A stretch of DNA of 64,000 nucleotides from a virus (lineage: Duplodnaviria; Caudoviricetes), in IMG/VR virus record IMGVR_UViG_3300003086_000114, positions 33,073 to 97,072 of that record, one strand, 5' to 3'. Made by a program: the position numbers and the translations under genes. How positions within the stretch are numbered: the stretch's first letter is position 1; each line of letters starts with the position of its first letter. The notes beneath the pieces are model-generated. The model was not told where the DNA came from. It saw only the letters and a program-made list of their open reading frames with translations, and did not search any database. Of the stretch, positions 1 through 9,702 are shown one piece after another.

Positions 1-1
1 T

Positions 2-571
2 AGTTTTACGGTTGGAATAGGACAGCCTGTACATGAAAGATGGTCATCGTTGCTAGAACAGCGCATAGGTATTAAAACTATTAATGTTAGTATGGATGGT
101 GCATGCGATAATTGGATATCAAGAAAAGCATCGTATGTGTTAGAGAAAATTAAACCATTGGCAGTGGTTACACAGTGGTCGTATATAGAGAGAAGAGAAT
201 CTAAAGACGATAGTTTACCGGATGAAGAACGAAAATTACACGTAAGGACCGGCGACCTAAAACATATATCAGATCCTGCCTTTTTTTTAAAAAATTGCAA
301 AAACTTTAAAAAGTGTTTTTATAATATAGCAAATAAAGAGATACCTGTAATACATACATTTATACCACAATTCAATTATTGGCACGGCAATGAACCTAAT
401 TGGATGAGGGAAAAAGTTTTTTGGAAGAGTTGTGGTGTAGATCTAGATAATCCGTTAGTAGTAGCAGATTACAACCAACTAGATTTTGCTAGAGATTATC
501 ACCATTATGATATTAAAACAGCATCTCGATATGCAACTGATATAGCTAATTCTCTGAAATATGTTTTATAA
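2..571 (+). CDS. SGNH/GDSL-like hydrolase family protein (5' truncated at window edge)
   Basis: The frame is open from base 2 (SFTVGIGQ..., i.e. block I (GD)SFT), upstream of the called TTG at 50. It has a C-terminal D-x-x-H-like motif (RDYHHY). Confidence 0.6.
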   Translation, partial: SFTVGIGQPVHERWSSLLEQRIGIKTINVSMDGACDNWISRKASYVLEKIKPLAVVTQWSYIERRESKDDSLPDEERKLHVRTGDLKHISDPAFFLKNCKNFKKCFYNIANKEIPVIHTFIPQFNYWHGNEPNWMREKVFWKSCGVDLDNPLVVADYNQLDFARDYHHYDIKTASRYATDIANSLKYVL

Positions 572-977
572 AATATTAATAATGGGGTTGCCGGGATCTG
601 GTAAAACTACGTTAGCAAAGAAACTAATTAAAAAACTGCCATCAGTGCAATGGATAAATGCTGATGATGTTAGGCGATTGCACAATGATTGGGATTTCTC
701 ATCAGAAGGAAGAGTAAGACAAGCTAACAGACTAGCAGATTTAGCAAATAACTCAGATAGTGATTATGTTGTTTGTGACTTTATAGCACCTCTTTATGAG
801 TCGCGCGACGTATTCAATCCTGATTATCTTGTGTGGATGGACACTGTTAGTAAAGGCCGGTTTAACGATACAAATCAGGCATTTCTGCCACCGTTGCGTT
901 ATGACTATCGAGTACCAAACTATAATGATGCTCACGTTGATAATATACTCAGTAATATACAATTGAATAATAAATAA
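561..977 (+). CDS. cysC: Adenylyl-sulfate (APS) kinase-like P-loop kinase
   Basis: Walker A GLPGSGKTT, NADDVR, DWDFSSEGRVRQ and CDFIAP are typical of short phage CysC-like proteins. Confidence 0.75.
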   Translation: MFYKILIMGLPGSGKTTLAKKLIKKLPSVQWINADDVRRLHNDWDFSSEGRVRQANRLADLANNSDSDYVVCDFIAPLYESRDVFNPDYLVWMDTVSKGRFNDTNQAFLPPLRYDYRVPNYNDAHVDNILSNIQLNNK

Positions 978-1075
978 TTAAACTAAATATTTTATTACTT
1001 TACTTTTTATGTATAATCACAAAACACTGTAAAAAGAGCAAAGATAATTAACCTAACAAGTATAAGGATCGAACT

Positions 1076-3370
1076 ATGCAGACAAACCCAGAGATTGAGC
1101 AAATAACTGACTATGCTATTCATATTGCTAGAAAAAAGCAGAACGAATACGTATTAGTAGAGCATTTACTACTAAGTTTAATAAGACATGAACCGTTTAA
1201 TAAATGCTTAGTAAATTTTGGTACTAATGTAGATAATCTAGACTTAGATCTAGATCAGTACTTAGATAATGTTCCAAACCAAAGCGCACGCAGTGCTTCT
1301 CCCAAAAAGACTAATGCATTAGAACGTGTATTTAACAGGGCTGTTACACAAGTATTGTTTACAGGGCGCAAGTACGTAACAACTATAGACTTATATCTAA
1401 GTATTACTAGTGAATCAAATAGTCACGCTTCTTATTTCTTAATGAAATATAATATTAAAAAGAACGAGTTTACTAACTTCTGGAACTCAAACTACAAAGA
1501 GACAGAAGTTAAATTAAGTGATACTCAGGCTAAAGAAATGCTAGAGGAGTTCTGTACTAACTTAAACGAACTAGCAAGAAACGATAAACTAGAGCCGTTA
1601 ATTGGCAGATCAGCAGAAGTACGTGATGCTATTGATATTCTTGCTAAGAAATTTAAAGCAAATGTATTGATGGTTGGTGATCCAGGTGTTGGTAAGACTG
1701 CTATTGCTGAAGGGCTAGCACAATTACTAGAAACAGATAATGGCCCAGAGTTCTTAAAGGATCATGAAGTATGGTCGCTTAACATTAGTGACATACTAGC
1801 AGGTAGTAAGTACCGTGGAGACTTTGAAGAGAAGTTCAAACAGATTATTAAAGCATTAGAAGCTGTAGAGAAAGGCATCTTGTTTATTGATGAAGCACAT
1901 ACTATGTCAGGTGCAGGTAGCACAACTGGTAGTAACTTAGACTTTGCTAACATGCTTAAACCAGCAATTACTAAAGGCACACTTAAAGTAGTAGCAAGCA
2001 CAACATGGGAAGAGTTCTACGAAACGTTTGAGCAAGACCGTGCATTAATGCGTAGATTCTACATACTAAACATCGATGAGCCAGATAAAGAAACAACACT
2101 TAAAATCCTAACAGGAGTTAGCAAACGTTTAGAAGAGTTCCACAACGTTATTATCGATGAAGAAGCTATTAGTATGTCATACGATTTAAGCAATCGTTAC
2201 ATGCATGATAGAAAGAATCCAGATAAAGGCATTGACTTATTAGATGCGGCATGTGCTAAACAACGTGCGCAAGGCAACGCTGGTACCCATATTACTAAAG
2301 AGCGCATATATGATAGAGTTAATAAACTAACTGATATCCCTGTAGAGCGTTTAAACAACGAGAACGATGAACATTTATCTCAACTAGAGGATAACATTAA
2401 AGCTAAGTTGTACGGACAAGATCCAGCACTAGAAGAAATGCTAGAAAGAATCTACGTTAGCTTTAGTGGCATCGGTAAAGCTGATAAGCCAGTTGCAAGT
2501 TTCTTATTACTAGGACCAACAGGTTGCGGTAAAACAGAATGTGCTAAGTTATTAAGCGAGAACCTAGATATGAAACTGCTACGCTATGATATGTCAGAAT
2601 TCCAGGAAAAACATTCAGTTAGTACACTAATTGGTGCTCCTCCGGGCTATGTTGGGTATGAAGACGGGCAGTTAAGTGGTGGTAAATTAATATCAGACCT
2701 TAGTAAGCATCCTTACTCAATCATACTGTTTGACGAGATTGAAAAAGCACACCCTGATGTTAGTAACATCTTACTACAGATGCTAGACGAAGGTACTATT
2801 ACTAGTTCATCAGGCAAGACTGTAAAGGTCACTAACTGTATGATTTTACTTACGTCTAATTTAGGTGCAAAAGACAACGAGATGAACAACATTGGCTTTG
2901 GTCAAGACTTAGAAAAATCAGGTGAAGAGGACAAAGCAGTTAAAGACTTCTTTAAGCCTGAGCTAAGAAACAGACTCGATGCTATTATTAAGTTTAAGAA
3001 GCTAGACACACTAAGCGTTAAGAAGGTTGTTGTTAAGTTTATTAACGAACTTAAAGAGTCGCTTGCTCCTAAGAAGATTGAGCTTAATGTTACTGAGACA
3101 GTTATTGAACATTTAGCAAACATTGGTTACGATAGCAAGATGGGTGCTAGACCAATTAGCAGAAAGATTGACGAGGTACTACGTGTACCACTGAGTAAAA
3201 AAATACTGTTTGATAAGTTAACGAACTGTAACGTTAACGCTATATGTAACGCTGATAAGATACACTTTGAAATTGTGTATAACAACTATGTAGACCCAGA
3301 TGCAATGGCACCGACATCTAAAGTAACTGACGACGGGCTAATAGTATTAGACCAATTCAAACCAAAATAA
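1076..3370 (+). CDS. clpA: ATP-dependent Clp protease ATP-binding subunit ClpA
   Basis: Clp N-domain (EHLLLSL), two AAA+ modules (GDPGVGKT/LFIDEAH and GPTGCGKT/LFDEIEKAHPDV), GAPPGYVG pore loop, IGF loop (NNIGFG) and GARP. Confidence 0.95.
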   Translation: MQTNPEIEQITDYAIHIARKKQNEYVLVEHLLLSLIRHEPFNKCLVNFGTNVDNLDLDLDQYLDNVPNQSARSASPKKTNALERVFNRAVTQVLFTGRKYVTTIDLYLSITSESNSHASYFLMKYNIKKNEFTNFWNSNYKETEVKLSDTQAKEMLEEFCTNLNELARNDKLEPLIGRSAEVRDAIDILAKKFKANVLMVGDPGVGKTAIAEGLAQLLETDNGPEFLKDHEVWSLNISDILAGSKYRGDFEEKFKQIIKALEAVEKGILFIDEAHTMSGAGSTTGSNLDFANMLKPAITKGTLKVVASTTWEEFYETFEQDRALMRRFYILNIDEPDKETTLKILTGVSKRLEEFHNVIIDEEAISMSYDLSNRYMHDRKNPDKGIDLLDAACAKQRAQGNAGTHITKERIYDRVNKLTDIPVERLNNENDEHLSQLEDNIKAKLYGQDPALEEMLERIYVSFSGIGKADKPVASFLLLGPTGCGKTECAKLLSENLDMKLLRYDMSEFQEKHSVSTLIGAPPGYVGYEDGQLSGGKLISDLSKHPYSIILFDEIEKAHPDVSNILLQMLDEGTITSSSGKTVKVTNCMILLTSNLGAKDNEMNNIGFGQDLEKSGEEDKAVKDFFKPELRNRLDAIIKFKKLDTLSVKKVVVKFINELKESLAPKKIELNVTETVIEHLANIGYDSKMGARPISRKIDEVLRVPLSKKILFDKLTNCNVNAICNADKIHFEIVYNNYVDPDAMAPTSKVTDDGLIVLDQFKPK

Positions 3371-3380
3371 GGATAAATAT

Positions 3381-3545
3381 ATGGCAAGATTAAACTCGAA
3401 AAAGATTGTAGTTAAAGTAAGTAAACTACAGAAAGATAACGAGGAAGACGATCAGCTATTATCAAGCGAAGCGATTGAACAGTTAGAAGCTATTATCGCA
3501 GAGCTGGCAGGTGCCGGAGTTATAGTAGAAATAGAGGAAGAGTAA
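3381..3545 (+). CDS. Small acidic hypothetical protein (54 aa, MARLNSKKIVVKVSKL...VEIEEE)
   Basis: Translated by hand; not in the ORF track. Clean ATG-TAA frame filling the gap after clpA. Confidence 0.7.
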   Translation: MARLNSKKIVVKVSKLQKDNEEDDQLLSSEAIEQLEAIIAELAGAGVIVEIEEE

Positions 3546-3549
3546 CAAA

Positions 3550-3645
3550 ATGGAACATATAAGCAGAGTAAAATTCTTCACAGGATTGTTAGCAGGAGCA
3601 TTAGCTACGATACTATTTGTATACGTTAGTATAATTTCCTTATAA
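3550..3645 (+). CDS. 31-aa single-TM membrane peptide (MEHISRVKFFTGLLAGALATILFVYVSIISL)
   Basis: Translated by hand. It fills the gap exactly between its neighbours and has one hydrophobic helix. Confidence 0.5.
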   Translation: MEHISRVKFFTGLLAGALATILFVYVSIISL

Positions 3646-3647
3646 AC

Positions 3648-3947
3648 ATGAAAACATTAACGCTTTTAAGCAATGCAACTTCAACAACCACAGGCACTGC
3701 ACAAAAAGCGTCTGCGTTTTATAATACAAGCAACACGCAAACAGTAGCAATAACAGGCACATTTATTGGTACTGTTGTTATACAAGGCACACTTGCAAAA
3801 GAACCCACTGCTGATGACAGTGACTACGTTGTTTTAGCAACTGTAACTGCATCGGAATCAACAGTTATACCTGGCAACTTCACTTATATTAGAGCAAAAG
3901 TCACAGCATACACATCAGGTACGATAAGTAGCACTTTAAGTTATTAA
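3648..3947 (+). CDS. Small beta-rich putative virion protein
   Basis: Thr/Ala/Ser-rich beta-strand pattern (GTVVIQGTL...GNFTYIRAKVT). Confidence 0.5.
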   Translation: MKTLTLLSNATSTTTGTAQKASAFYNTSNTQTVAITGTFIGTVVIQGTLAKEPTADDSDYVVLATVTASESTVIPGNFTYIRAKVTAYTSGTISSTLSY

Positions 3948-3955
3948 AGGGTAGT

Positions 3956-4408
3956 ATGGAAACTGTAAAATTCGCATGTAACATTGAGGTCAATGTTCCC
4001 TCAATGCCACTTGATTTTAAGATTCTCATAAATGATCAAACTGTGTTTAATGAAGCTACTGATCAACCTACCTATCAAGTATCGACTGATATTAAAGTAG
4101 AAGACGGCAAGGAATATACAGTTAAGTTTGTACTAGCAGGAAAAACCGACCAGCACAGCATTATAAACGATAATAAAGAAATTGTTGAATCAGCACAAAT
4201 TACAATAACAGATGTGAGTCTTGAAGACATAGCTATTGCTGACATCTTCCTTTCAAACGACGACCTTGCGATGTACACTCACGATACCAACGGTTACAGT
4301 GACGAAGTAACTGTAACATTTGACTTCTGTATGGGGTGCAACGGTAGTGCTGAGTTCACATTTTCAACACCTGTTTACATCTGGATGCTAGAAAACATGC
4401 AACTATAA
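3956..4408 (+). CDS. Hypothetical protein (beta-rich, acidic)
   Basis: Well-formed ORF in a tight operon; C-terminal MGCNG...FSTPVYIWMLENM. Confidence 0.6.
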   Translation: METVKFACNIEVNVPSMPLDFKILINDQTVFNEATDQPTYQVSTDIKVEDGKEYTVKFVLAGKTDQHSIINDNKEIVESAQITITDVSLEDIAIADIFLSNDDLAMYTHDTNGYSDEVTVTFDFCMGCNGSAEFTFSTPVYIWMLENMQL

Positions 4409-4411
4409 ATA
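4404..4411 (+). promoter_or_regulatory. T4-type late promoter TATAAATA
   Basis: Exact TATAAATA ending 5 nt before the ATG at 4417. Confidence 0.7.
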
Positions 4412-4416
4412 GTTAC

Positions 4417-5127
4417 ATGAACTTACAAGAACTAGACAATTATATATTAGATGACGCAATAAACTTTCATACGGATCTTAATTCAGCGATTTGGAATCAT
4501 AAAGAGAGAATGCGCCCTGAGGTACGCAAAGCGTTACTTGATATCGCTGACGACTTTAGAGAATTTTTAGGAATACAGTACTTAGCACTAACTGACATCA
4601 CAGTTAGCGGCTCTAACGCGGCATATAGCTATACACCGTATAGTGATATAGATTTACACCTAGTTGTTGATTTTAAGAAAATAAGTAACGACGAGGTCTA
4701 CAAAGAATTGTTTGATGCTAAAAAATATCAATACAATGATCAACATGACATCAAAATACGTAGTTACGATGTAGAACTATACGTACAAGATATAGACCAA
4801 AGGCACGAATCACTAGGTGAATATAGCCTAATGAAAGATGATTGGAATAGGATCCCTACACAACGACGTGCAAATATAGACGATAATGCTACATACTTAA
4901 AATACAATAAATTACACGATTTGATTATATTAGCACTAGCTGGTGATAATTTAGAACACACTGAACAAGCAATAGATATTCTAAAACGTTATCGACAAGC
5001 AGGACTAGCAAAGAAAGGCGAATTTAGTCCTGAAAACTTAGCGTTTAAAATTCTACGTAAAAGAGGATTCGTACAAAAACTGTACGATAAACGAGATGCA
5101 TTAGAAGATGCCGTATTGAGTATATGA
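4417..5127 (+). CDS. Pol-beta superfamily nucleotidyltransferase
   Basis: hGS...DxD motif (TVSGSNAAYSYTPYSDIDLHLVVD) and a third acidic residue in a later strand (DVELYVQD). Confidence 0.8.
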   Translation: MNLQELDNYILDDAINFHTDLNSAIWNHKERMRPEVRKALLDIADDFREFLGIQYLALTDITVSGSNAAYSYTPYSDIDLHLVVDFKKISNDEVYKELFDAKKYQYNDQHDIKIRSYDVELYVQDIDQRHESLGEYSLMKDDWNRIPTQRRANIDDNATYLKYNKLHDLIILALAGDNLEHTEQAIDILKRYRQAGLAKKGEFSPENLAFKILRKRGFVQKLYDKRDALEDAVLSI

Positions 5128-5131
5128 TAAA

Positions 5132-5335
5132 ATGAGAGTTATTGAGATTATCGAAGGTGTTGGTATAATTACTAAACAGAATCAAACAAGTGATGTAGGA
5201 CCAAATCAAACCAAAATCGAAGCCGCAAAGTTTGGTCTTAAAGTAGACAAAGGTGGGAACCCACCGTTACTGCACAAGACAGCGGCTAAAAATTCAAATC
5301 CAAACAAACTCGATAATGTAGGAATTGGCAAATAA
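5132..5335 (+). CDS. Small protein with capsid-targeting-like leader (MRVIEIIE)
   Basis: ORF track; leader matches the shared motif. Confidence 0.6.
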   Translation: MRVIEIIEGVGIITKQNQTSDVGPNQTKIEAAKFGLKVDKGGNPPLLHKTAAKNSNPNKLDNVGIGK

Positions 5336-5345
5336 CACTAATAAT

Positions 5346-6419
5346 ATGTTAGTGCCACTACCAGTTAGCGGCACATTACATGAATTCAGGGACAACGGTT
5401 ATCCAGGATACGAATGGATTAATAAGCTACCCAATAAAAACATATACCTAGCATTATTTCAACGTTGGCCCGAACAGGATTTGCCGTCAGACCATGATAT
5501 TTACATAGTTAGTTTTCACTTAGAGCCTGTTGATATAGAATGGCTTACGAAACAAAGTAAGATTACTAACGGTGAAATACTTGTGCTATTTGATGGGACA
5601 AGTAATAACTACACAATTCCTAGGGTAAGATTTTTATCATATTACTATTGGCACATACAACTAGATAGAATGTTAGAGTGGTTTGGGTGTGACGATAAAC
5701 CTAAAATTATAACACACAAAGCAAGCGCATTTTGCAATAGGATTACCACTACTAAATTAATTACATTTACAGCACTACTAGAGTATTTCGGAACTGATGA
5801 TTGTATGCTCGTGCTCCATGATTGGTTAGAAAATAAAAACATATTACAGGAAGATGAGTACGCTCCACCTCTAGTAAAAGAGTTATTTAATATCTTTTTT
5901 AGTAAGTATTATGGCAATGAATATAAAATTGATAATTTTAATAATGACTTGAATTATCAACAACATACTGCAAATCCTTGGCAGCCAGCATACCAAAATT
6001 GTGCGTTACATTTTACTAACGAAAGCTTTAATATTAGCGATCTACGCAGTCCAGCATTGTATTCACACCCTGGTCCGTTTATAACAGAAAAGACATTGAA
6101 GTGCTTACTAGGTAGGACGGCATTTGTACCAGTTGGTCAATATGATACTTATGGTGCGTTAAGAAGATTAGGGTTACAATTTGATTATAACTTTGATACT
6201 TCTTTTGATAGCATAATACCTGATCAAGATAGATTGATCGCTACTATAGAATTAATAAAAAATCTAGTTGACATGTCCTCGGAAGAGATTTATAACGGTA
6301 CTAGGGAATCTTGTGATTTTAATTTTAATTATATCACTGGTGGAAGATTCTATATAGACTGCGAACAACTAAATCAACACACTGTAGATCAAATCTTTGA
6401 GCATATCAGTTTAGCATAA
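5346..6419 (+). CDS. Glycosyltransferase-like protein (GT10-like E..TEK motif family)
   Basis: NESF...FITEKTLK...LRRLG.QFDYNFDTSFD; paralogous to 22782-24035, 31159-32148 and 61602-62579. ATG 5346 preferred over TTG 5325. Confidence 0.55.
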   Translation: MLVPLPVSGTLHEFRDNGYPGYEWINKLPNKNIYLALFQRWPEQDLPSDHDIYIVSFHLEPVDIEWLTKQSKITNGEILVLFDGTSNNYTIPRVRFLSYYYWHIQLDRMLEWFGCDDKPKIITHKASAFCNRITTTKLITFTALLEYFGTDDCMLVLHDWLENKNILQEDEYAPPLVKELFNIFFSKYYGNEYKIDNFNNDLNYQQHTANPWQPAYQNCALHFTNESFNISDLRSPALYSHPGPFITEKTLKCLLGRTAFVPVGQYDTYGALRRLGLQFDYNFDTSFDSIIPDQDRLIATIELIKNLVDMSSEEIYNGTRESCDFNFNYITGGRFYIDCEQLNQHTVDQIFEHISLA

Positions 6420-6422
6420 ATA
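6415..6422 (+). promoter_or_regulatory. Late-promoter-like CATAAATA heading the 6450-16410 gene run
   Basis: TAAATA core in the only intergenic gap ahead of a tightly coupled operon. Confidence 0.55.
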
Positions 6423-6449
6423 TGCTAAACATGTACTTAAAGGTCAAAA

Positions 6450-6878
6450 ATGAGATTAAGTGAAATAATAGTTAACGAAGATGATCTAAAGATTCCAAAG
6501 ATAAGCGATGATTTTCGAGTTGATCATACTGTAAAGAATCCAGAACCTAGAATCAATCATGTAGCTTTCCAAGGAAATACACTAGCTAATAAAGCAATTA
6601 CTCCGGACACTTCAAACCAGTTCAACAAGTCTAACCAGTTCAACAAGTTCAACAAGTACAACAAGTTCAACAAGTTCAACTGGAGACATGCAATGCCAAA
6701 AACAACTGAAGAAATAGCAGATTATAAGAACTTTGTTCGTAACAATCGCAACGCAATAAAGAATTCAATTAAAGATAACGTACCATATTCGGAGTATTTT
6801 TTACCTGTATTAGGGGCATGGAACGACTACAGTAAAGGAAAGTCTGTAGATTTATTTAAATGGAAAATGCCATTCTAA
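6450..6878 (+). CDS. Hypothetical protein with leader MRLSEIIVNE and internal (NKF)n repeat
   Basis: ORF track; leader motif; NQFNKSNQFNKFNKYNKFNKFN. Confidence 0.6.
   Translation: MRLSEIIVNEDDLKIPKISDDFRVDHTVKNPEPRINHVAFQGNTLANKAITPDTSNQFNKSNQFNKFNKYNKFNKFNWRHAMPKTTEEIADYKNFVRNNRNAIKNSIKDNVPYSEYFLPVLGAWNDYSKGKSVDLFKWKMPF
6615..6680 (+). repeat. Imperfect 9-bp coding tandem repeat (AACAAGTTC)n
   Basis: aaccagttc aacaagtct aaccagttc aacaagttc aacaagtac aacaagttc aacaagttc aac. Confidence 0.85.
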
Positions 6879-6890
6879 AGAGAGAACATA

Positions 6891-7505
6891 ATGAGAATAA
6901 GTGAACTAATAACTAAAGAAGATCTACTAACCGATAAGGACGATCGCTTCAAACATATGGTTGATAGGATTAGCGATAAAGCGGGTAAAGAACTTAGCCA
7001 GCCAAGATCAAAAATAGTATGCAAGCCTGTTAGGAGGACTGATAATACTCGTAAGCGTAAAGGTCGTTTTCTCGAAGGGCTTGAACGACAAATATCTCAA
7101 CAAGATGTAGATCAACTAGATAGGTTTGCAGACAAGGTATTTGCTAGAGTTGGCATTGATGTTAAATTCACTAGGAATTTCTTACAACGTGTAAACGACG
7201 ATAGAAACGGCAAACAAATTACCATGTCTGAATTAACTAAACTCTTTAAACAAGAAGCTAATAAGCATGGTAAGCCAATTGCTAGGTTAGGTCCGGATAC
7301 AGAAGCAGTACTAAGTGATATGCAGACTGATATTAATGCTCCATTTGTTTTGCAGTACGATAGAGAAAACGATGAACTTGACTTAGTTGTTAAGACTATA
7401 ATTCGTAACCCAGACTTTGAAACTAGCGACCAAGTATTTGCAGTTGAGCGCAAGCTATCTAAAAGCGAAAAGGAGAGCGCAACTAACATGGCGAAGAAAA
7501 AATGA
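6891..7505 (+). CDS. Hypothetical protein with leader MRISELITKE; C-terminal domain possibly RelE/BECR-like
   Basis: VKFTRNFLQRVNDDRN...LVVKTIIR pattern; the fold call is tentative. Confidence 0.5.
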   Translation: MRISELITKEDLLTDKDDRFKHMVDRISDKAGKELSQPRSKIVCKPVRRTDNTRKRKGRFLEGLERQISQQDVDQLDRFADKVFARVGIDVKFTRNFLQRVNDDRNGKQITMSELTKLFKQEANKHGKPIARLGPDTEAVLSDMQTDINAPFVLQYDRENDELDLVVKTIIRNPDFETSDQVFAVERKLSKSEKESATNMAKKK

Positions 7506-8635
7506 AATTTAATGAATTTAAATTAAACGAAAAACACGGTGAAGGTGGTACTCTACCTAGGCTAAGCGATGATCCTAGTGGATGGCTAGATTATGTCAGT
7601 GACATGGGTCCAGGTGGTCTTAGTGACGCAATGGATAACACTAACTATGATAAACGAACAGAAAAGGATAGAAGATCAGGCACAGCATATACTCCTGAAC
7701 TAGCACCTGAACAGCCATTAAAGTTTACAAAACCAGGTCCAAATATAACAACATCTAGTGAAAAGCCTCCCGAAAGTGATAGTGAGATTGGTGCACAAAT
7801 ACATAAAATAATAAACGGACATAGTATACACGGGTGGAATGTTGATGCGTCGGATGCAGACAGAGCGAAGTTGAAACAAAGCATAGAACAGTTAGCTAAG
7901 GATTATGGTGTAAATCCTAGAGCTCTTACAGGCAACCAAGATAGCTGGATAAAGATGGTAGGAGGGTTCGATGATGACACAACTACAGATGCTCGACACT
8001 CTATGATATTTGATAAAGATAAACCATACGGATCTCATATACAATTTAAAGACCCAGAAAGATCTTTACCACACGAGTTTGCACATCATGCTAGTATGAA
8101 TTTTGCCGCAGTAGATGATAAAGGTGGCATGAGAATTGCAGATCCTGATAACATAGCGCATAAGTCAGAGAACACTTTTATTACAGGATTTGGTGGTGAG
8201 GATGCGGAAGACAAGTATCTATCTATGGCAGAGAGATACAGAGATGCTGAAGGAAACTTAGATAAAAAAGGTCTTAGAGGCGCATTATATAAAAACGTAT
8301 TTGATAGAGAAACTAACAAACAACGTCCAGAACTAAAGCACGCATTGGCTACTGCTGTATCATACATATTATCAGATTCAACCTTATTAACAAATGCAGA
8401 TGAGACTAGTTTTAAAATAGGGTACCAATATGATCCTGAAGAACTATGGGCAAGAGGATTTGCTGAGTTCAGTAGATTAAAACGACTGCCAGTTGAAGAA
8501 AGATTTGATGGTGATACTATTATAAGACCTGAAACTTATATTAAAATACAAAAGCTAATGAACAACATTAAAGTTGTAAACCGCAATACAATGGCTAAAG
8601 GTAAAGGCAGAGATACAGGAACAAGAACGGCATGA
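7502..8635 (+). CDS. Zincin-like (HExxH) metallopeptidase-domain protein with leader MKFNEFKLNE
   Basis: LPHEFAHH and distal PEELWARGFAE; tandem paralogue of the next gene. Confidence 0.65.
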   Translation: MKFNEFKLNEKHGEGGTLPRLSDDPSGWLDYVSDMGPGGLSDAMDNTNYDKRTEKDRRSGTAYTPELAPEQPLKFTKPGPNITTSSEKPPESDSEIGAQIHKIINGHSIHGWNVDASDADRAKLKQSIEQLAKDYGVNPRALTGNQDSWIKMVGGFDDDTTTDARHSMIFDKDKPYGSHIQFKDPERSLPHEFAHHASMNFAAVDDKGGMRIADPDNIAHKSENTFITGFGGEDAEDKYLSMAERYRDAEGNLDKKGLRGALYKNVFDRETNKQRPELKHALATAVSYILSDSTLLTNADETSFKIGYQYDPEELWARGFAEFSRLKRLPVEERFDGDTIIRPETYIKIQKLMNNIKVVNRNTMAKGKGRDTGTRTA

Positions 8636-9702
8636 GATATAATGAGTTTAAGTTAACCGAAACACATACATCAGGTGCACCGATGCCTGCTGATAATGAT
8701 ATTGAGGCATGGGGAGAATACTTCGCAGATCTAGGTGCTAGTACTAGCAGTGGTGTTAAAAGAGTATTGCCTAAACCTGAAGGAACATATACTAAATCTC
8801 CAGAACCAAAAAAGCCATCAAAGTATACAACGCCAGGAAAAAATATAGGATCCTATGCAGACTGGGGTATTACTGGGTACGCAGATGCGCATGGCTGGAA
8901 TGTAGACGGTGGAGAAGAAGAGGCGAAAAAGATCAAAACAAGCATAGGCAAAGTAGCTAAAGACTACGGTGTTGAGCCAAGAGCGTTTACAGCTAACCAA
9001 CAAGGAAGTATGAAATTGTCTAAAAATCAATCGGACCACCGGGTAGGTGCCGGACAAAGCATGACTTATGCAAAGCATAATCCTTATATGTCTGCTGTAG
9101 ATTTAACAGATCTAGAGAAACACATGTCACATGAACTAGCACATCACAATAGTATGAATTTTGCCGCGGTAGATGCAGAAGGTGGCATGAGAATTGCAGA
9201 TCCTGATAACATAGCGCATAAGTCAGAACACAATTATATCACAGGATTCGGCTTAGAAGATGCAGAAGGTAAGTATCTAACAATGGCAAACAAGTACATT
9301 AGCGATGATGGTACGTTAGATGAAAAAGGATTTAGACAAGAACTATACAAAAACGTGTTTGGCAGAAAAACGAATAAACAACGTCCAGAACTAAAGCATG
9401 CGTTAGCTACTACTGTATCGTATATATTAACAGATAAGAGCTTACTTAAACACGCAAGTGATAATACATGGCTTAAAGATGAAGCTGATTATCAATATGA
9501 TCCTGAAGAACTATGGGCAAGGGGATTCGCTGAATTCAGTAGAATGAAACGTCTAGACCCAAAAGAACGATTCAGAGATAAAGATATAATTACACCAGAG
9601 ACTTATAATAAAATACAAAAAATGATGGACACTATTAAAGTCAAGCACGGCAACGTAATGACTAAAGGTAGAGGAAGAGACACAGGAACAAGAACGTCAT
9701 GA
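8632..9702 (+). CDS. Zincin-like (HExxH) metallopeptidase-domain protein with leader MRYNEFKLTE
   Basis: MSHELAHH and PEELWARGFAE; long near-identical blocks shared with 7502-8635. Confidence 0.65.
   Translation: MRYNEFKLTETHTSGAPMPADNDIEAWGEYFADLGASTSSGVKRVLPKPEGTYTKSPEPKKPSKYTTPGKNIGSYADWGITGYADAHGWNVDGGEEEAKKIKTSIGKVAKDYGVEPRAFTANQQGSMKLSKNQSDHRVGAGQSMTYAKHNPYMSAVDLTDLEKHMSHELAHHNSMNFAAVDAEGGMRIADPDNIAHKSEHNYITGFGLEDAEGKYLTMANKYISDDGTLDEKGFRQELYKNVFGRKTNKQRPELKHALATTVSYILTDKSLLKHASDNTWLKDEADYQYDPEELWARGFAEFSRMKRLDPKERFRDKDIITPETYNKIQKMMDTIKVKHGNVMTKGRGRDTGTRTS

Noticed and set aside
3373-3379. ATAAATA before the 3381 gene as a late promoter
   Set aside because: It is only 1 nt from the ATG and preceded by AGGA, so it is more simply an RBS spacer in AT-rich DNA.
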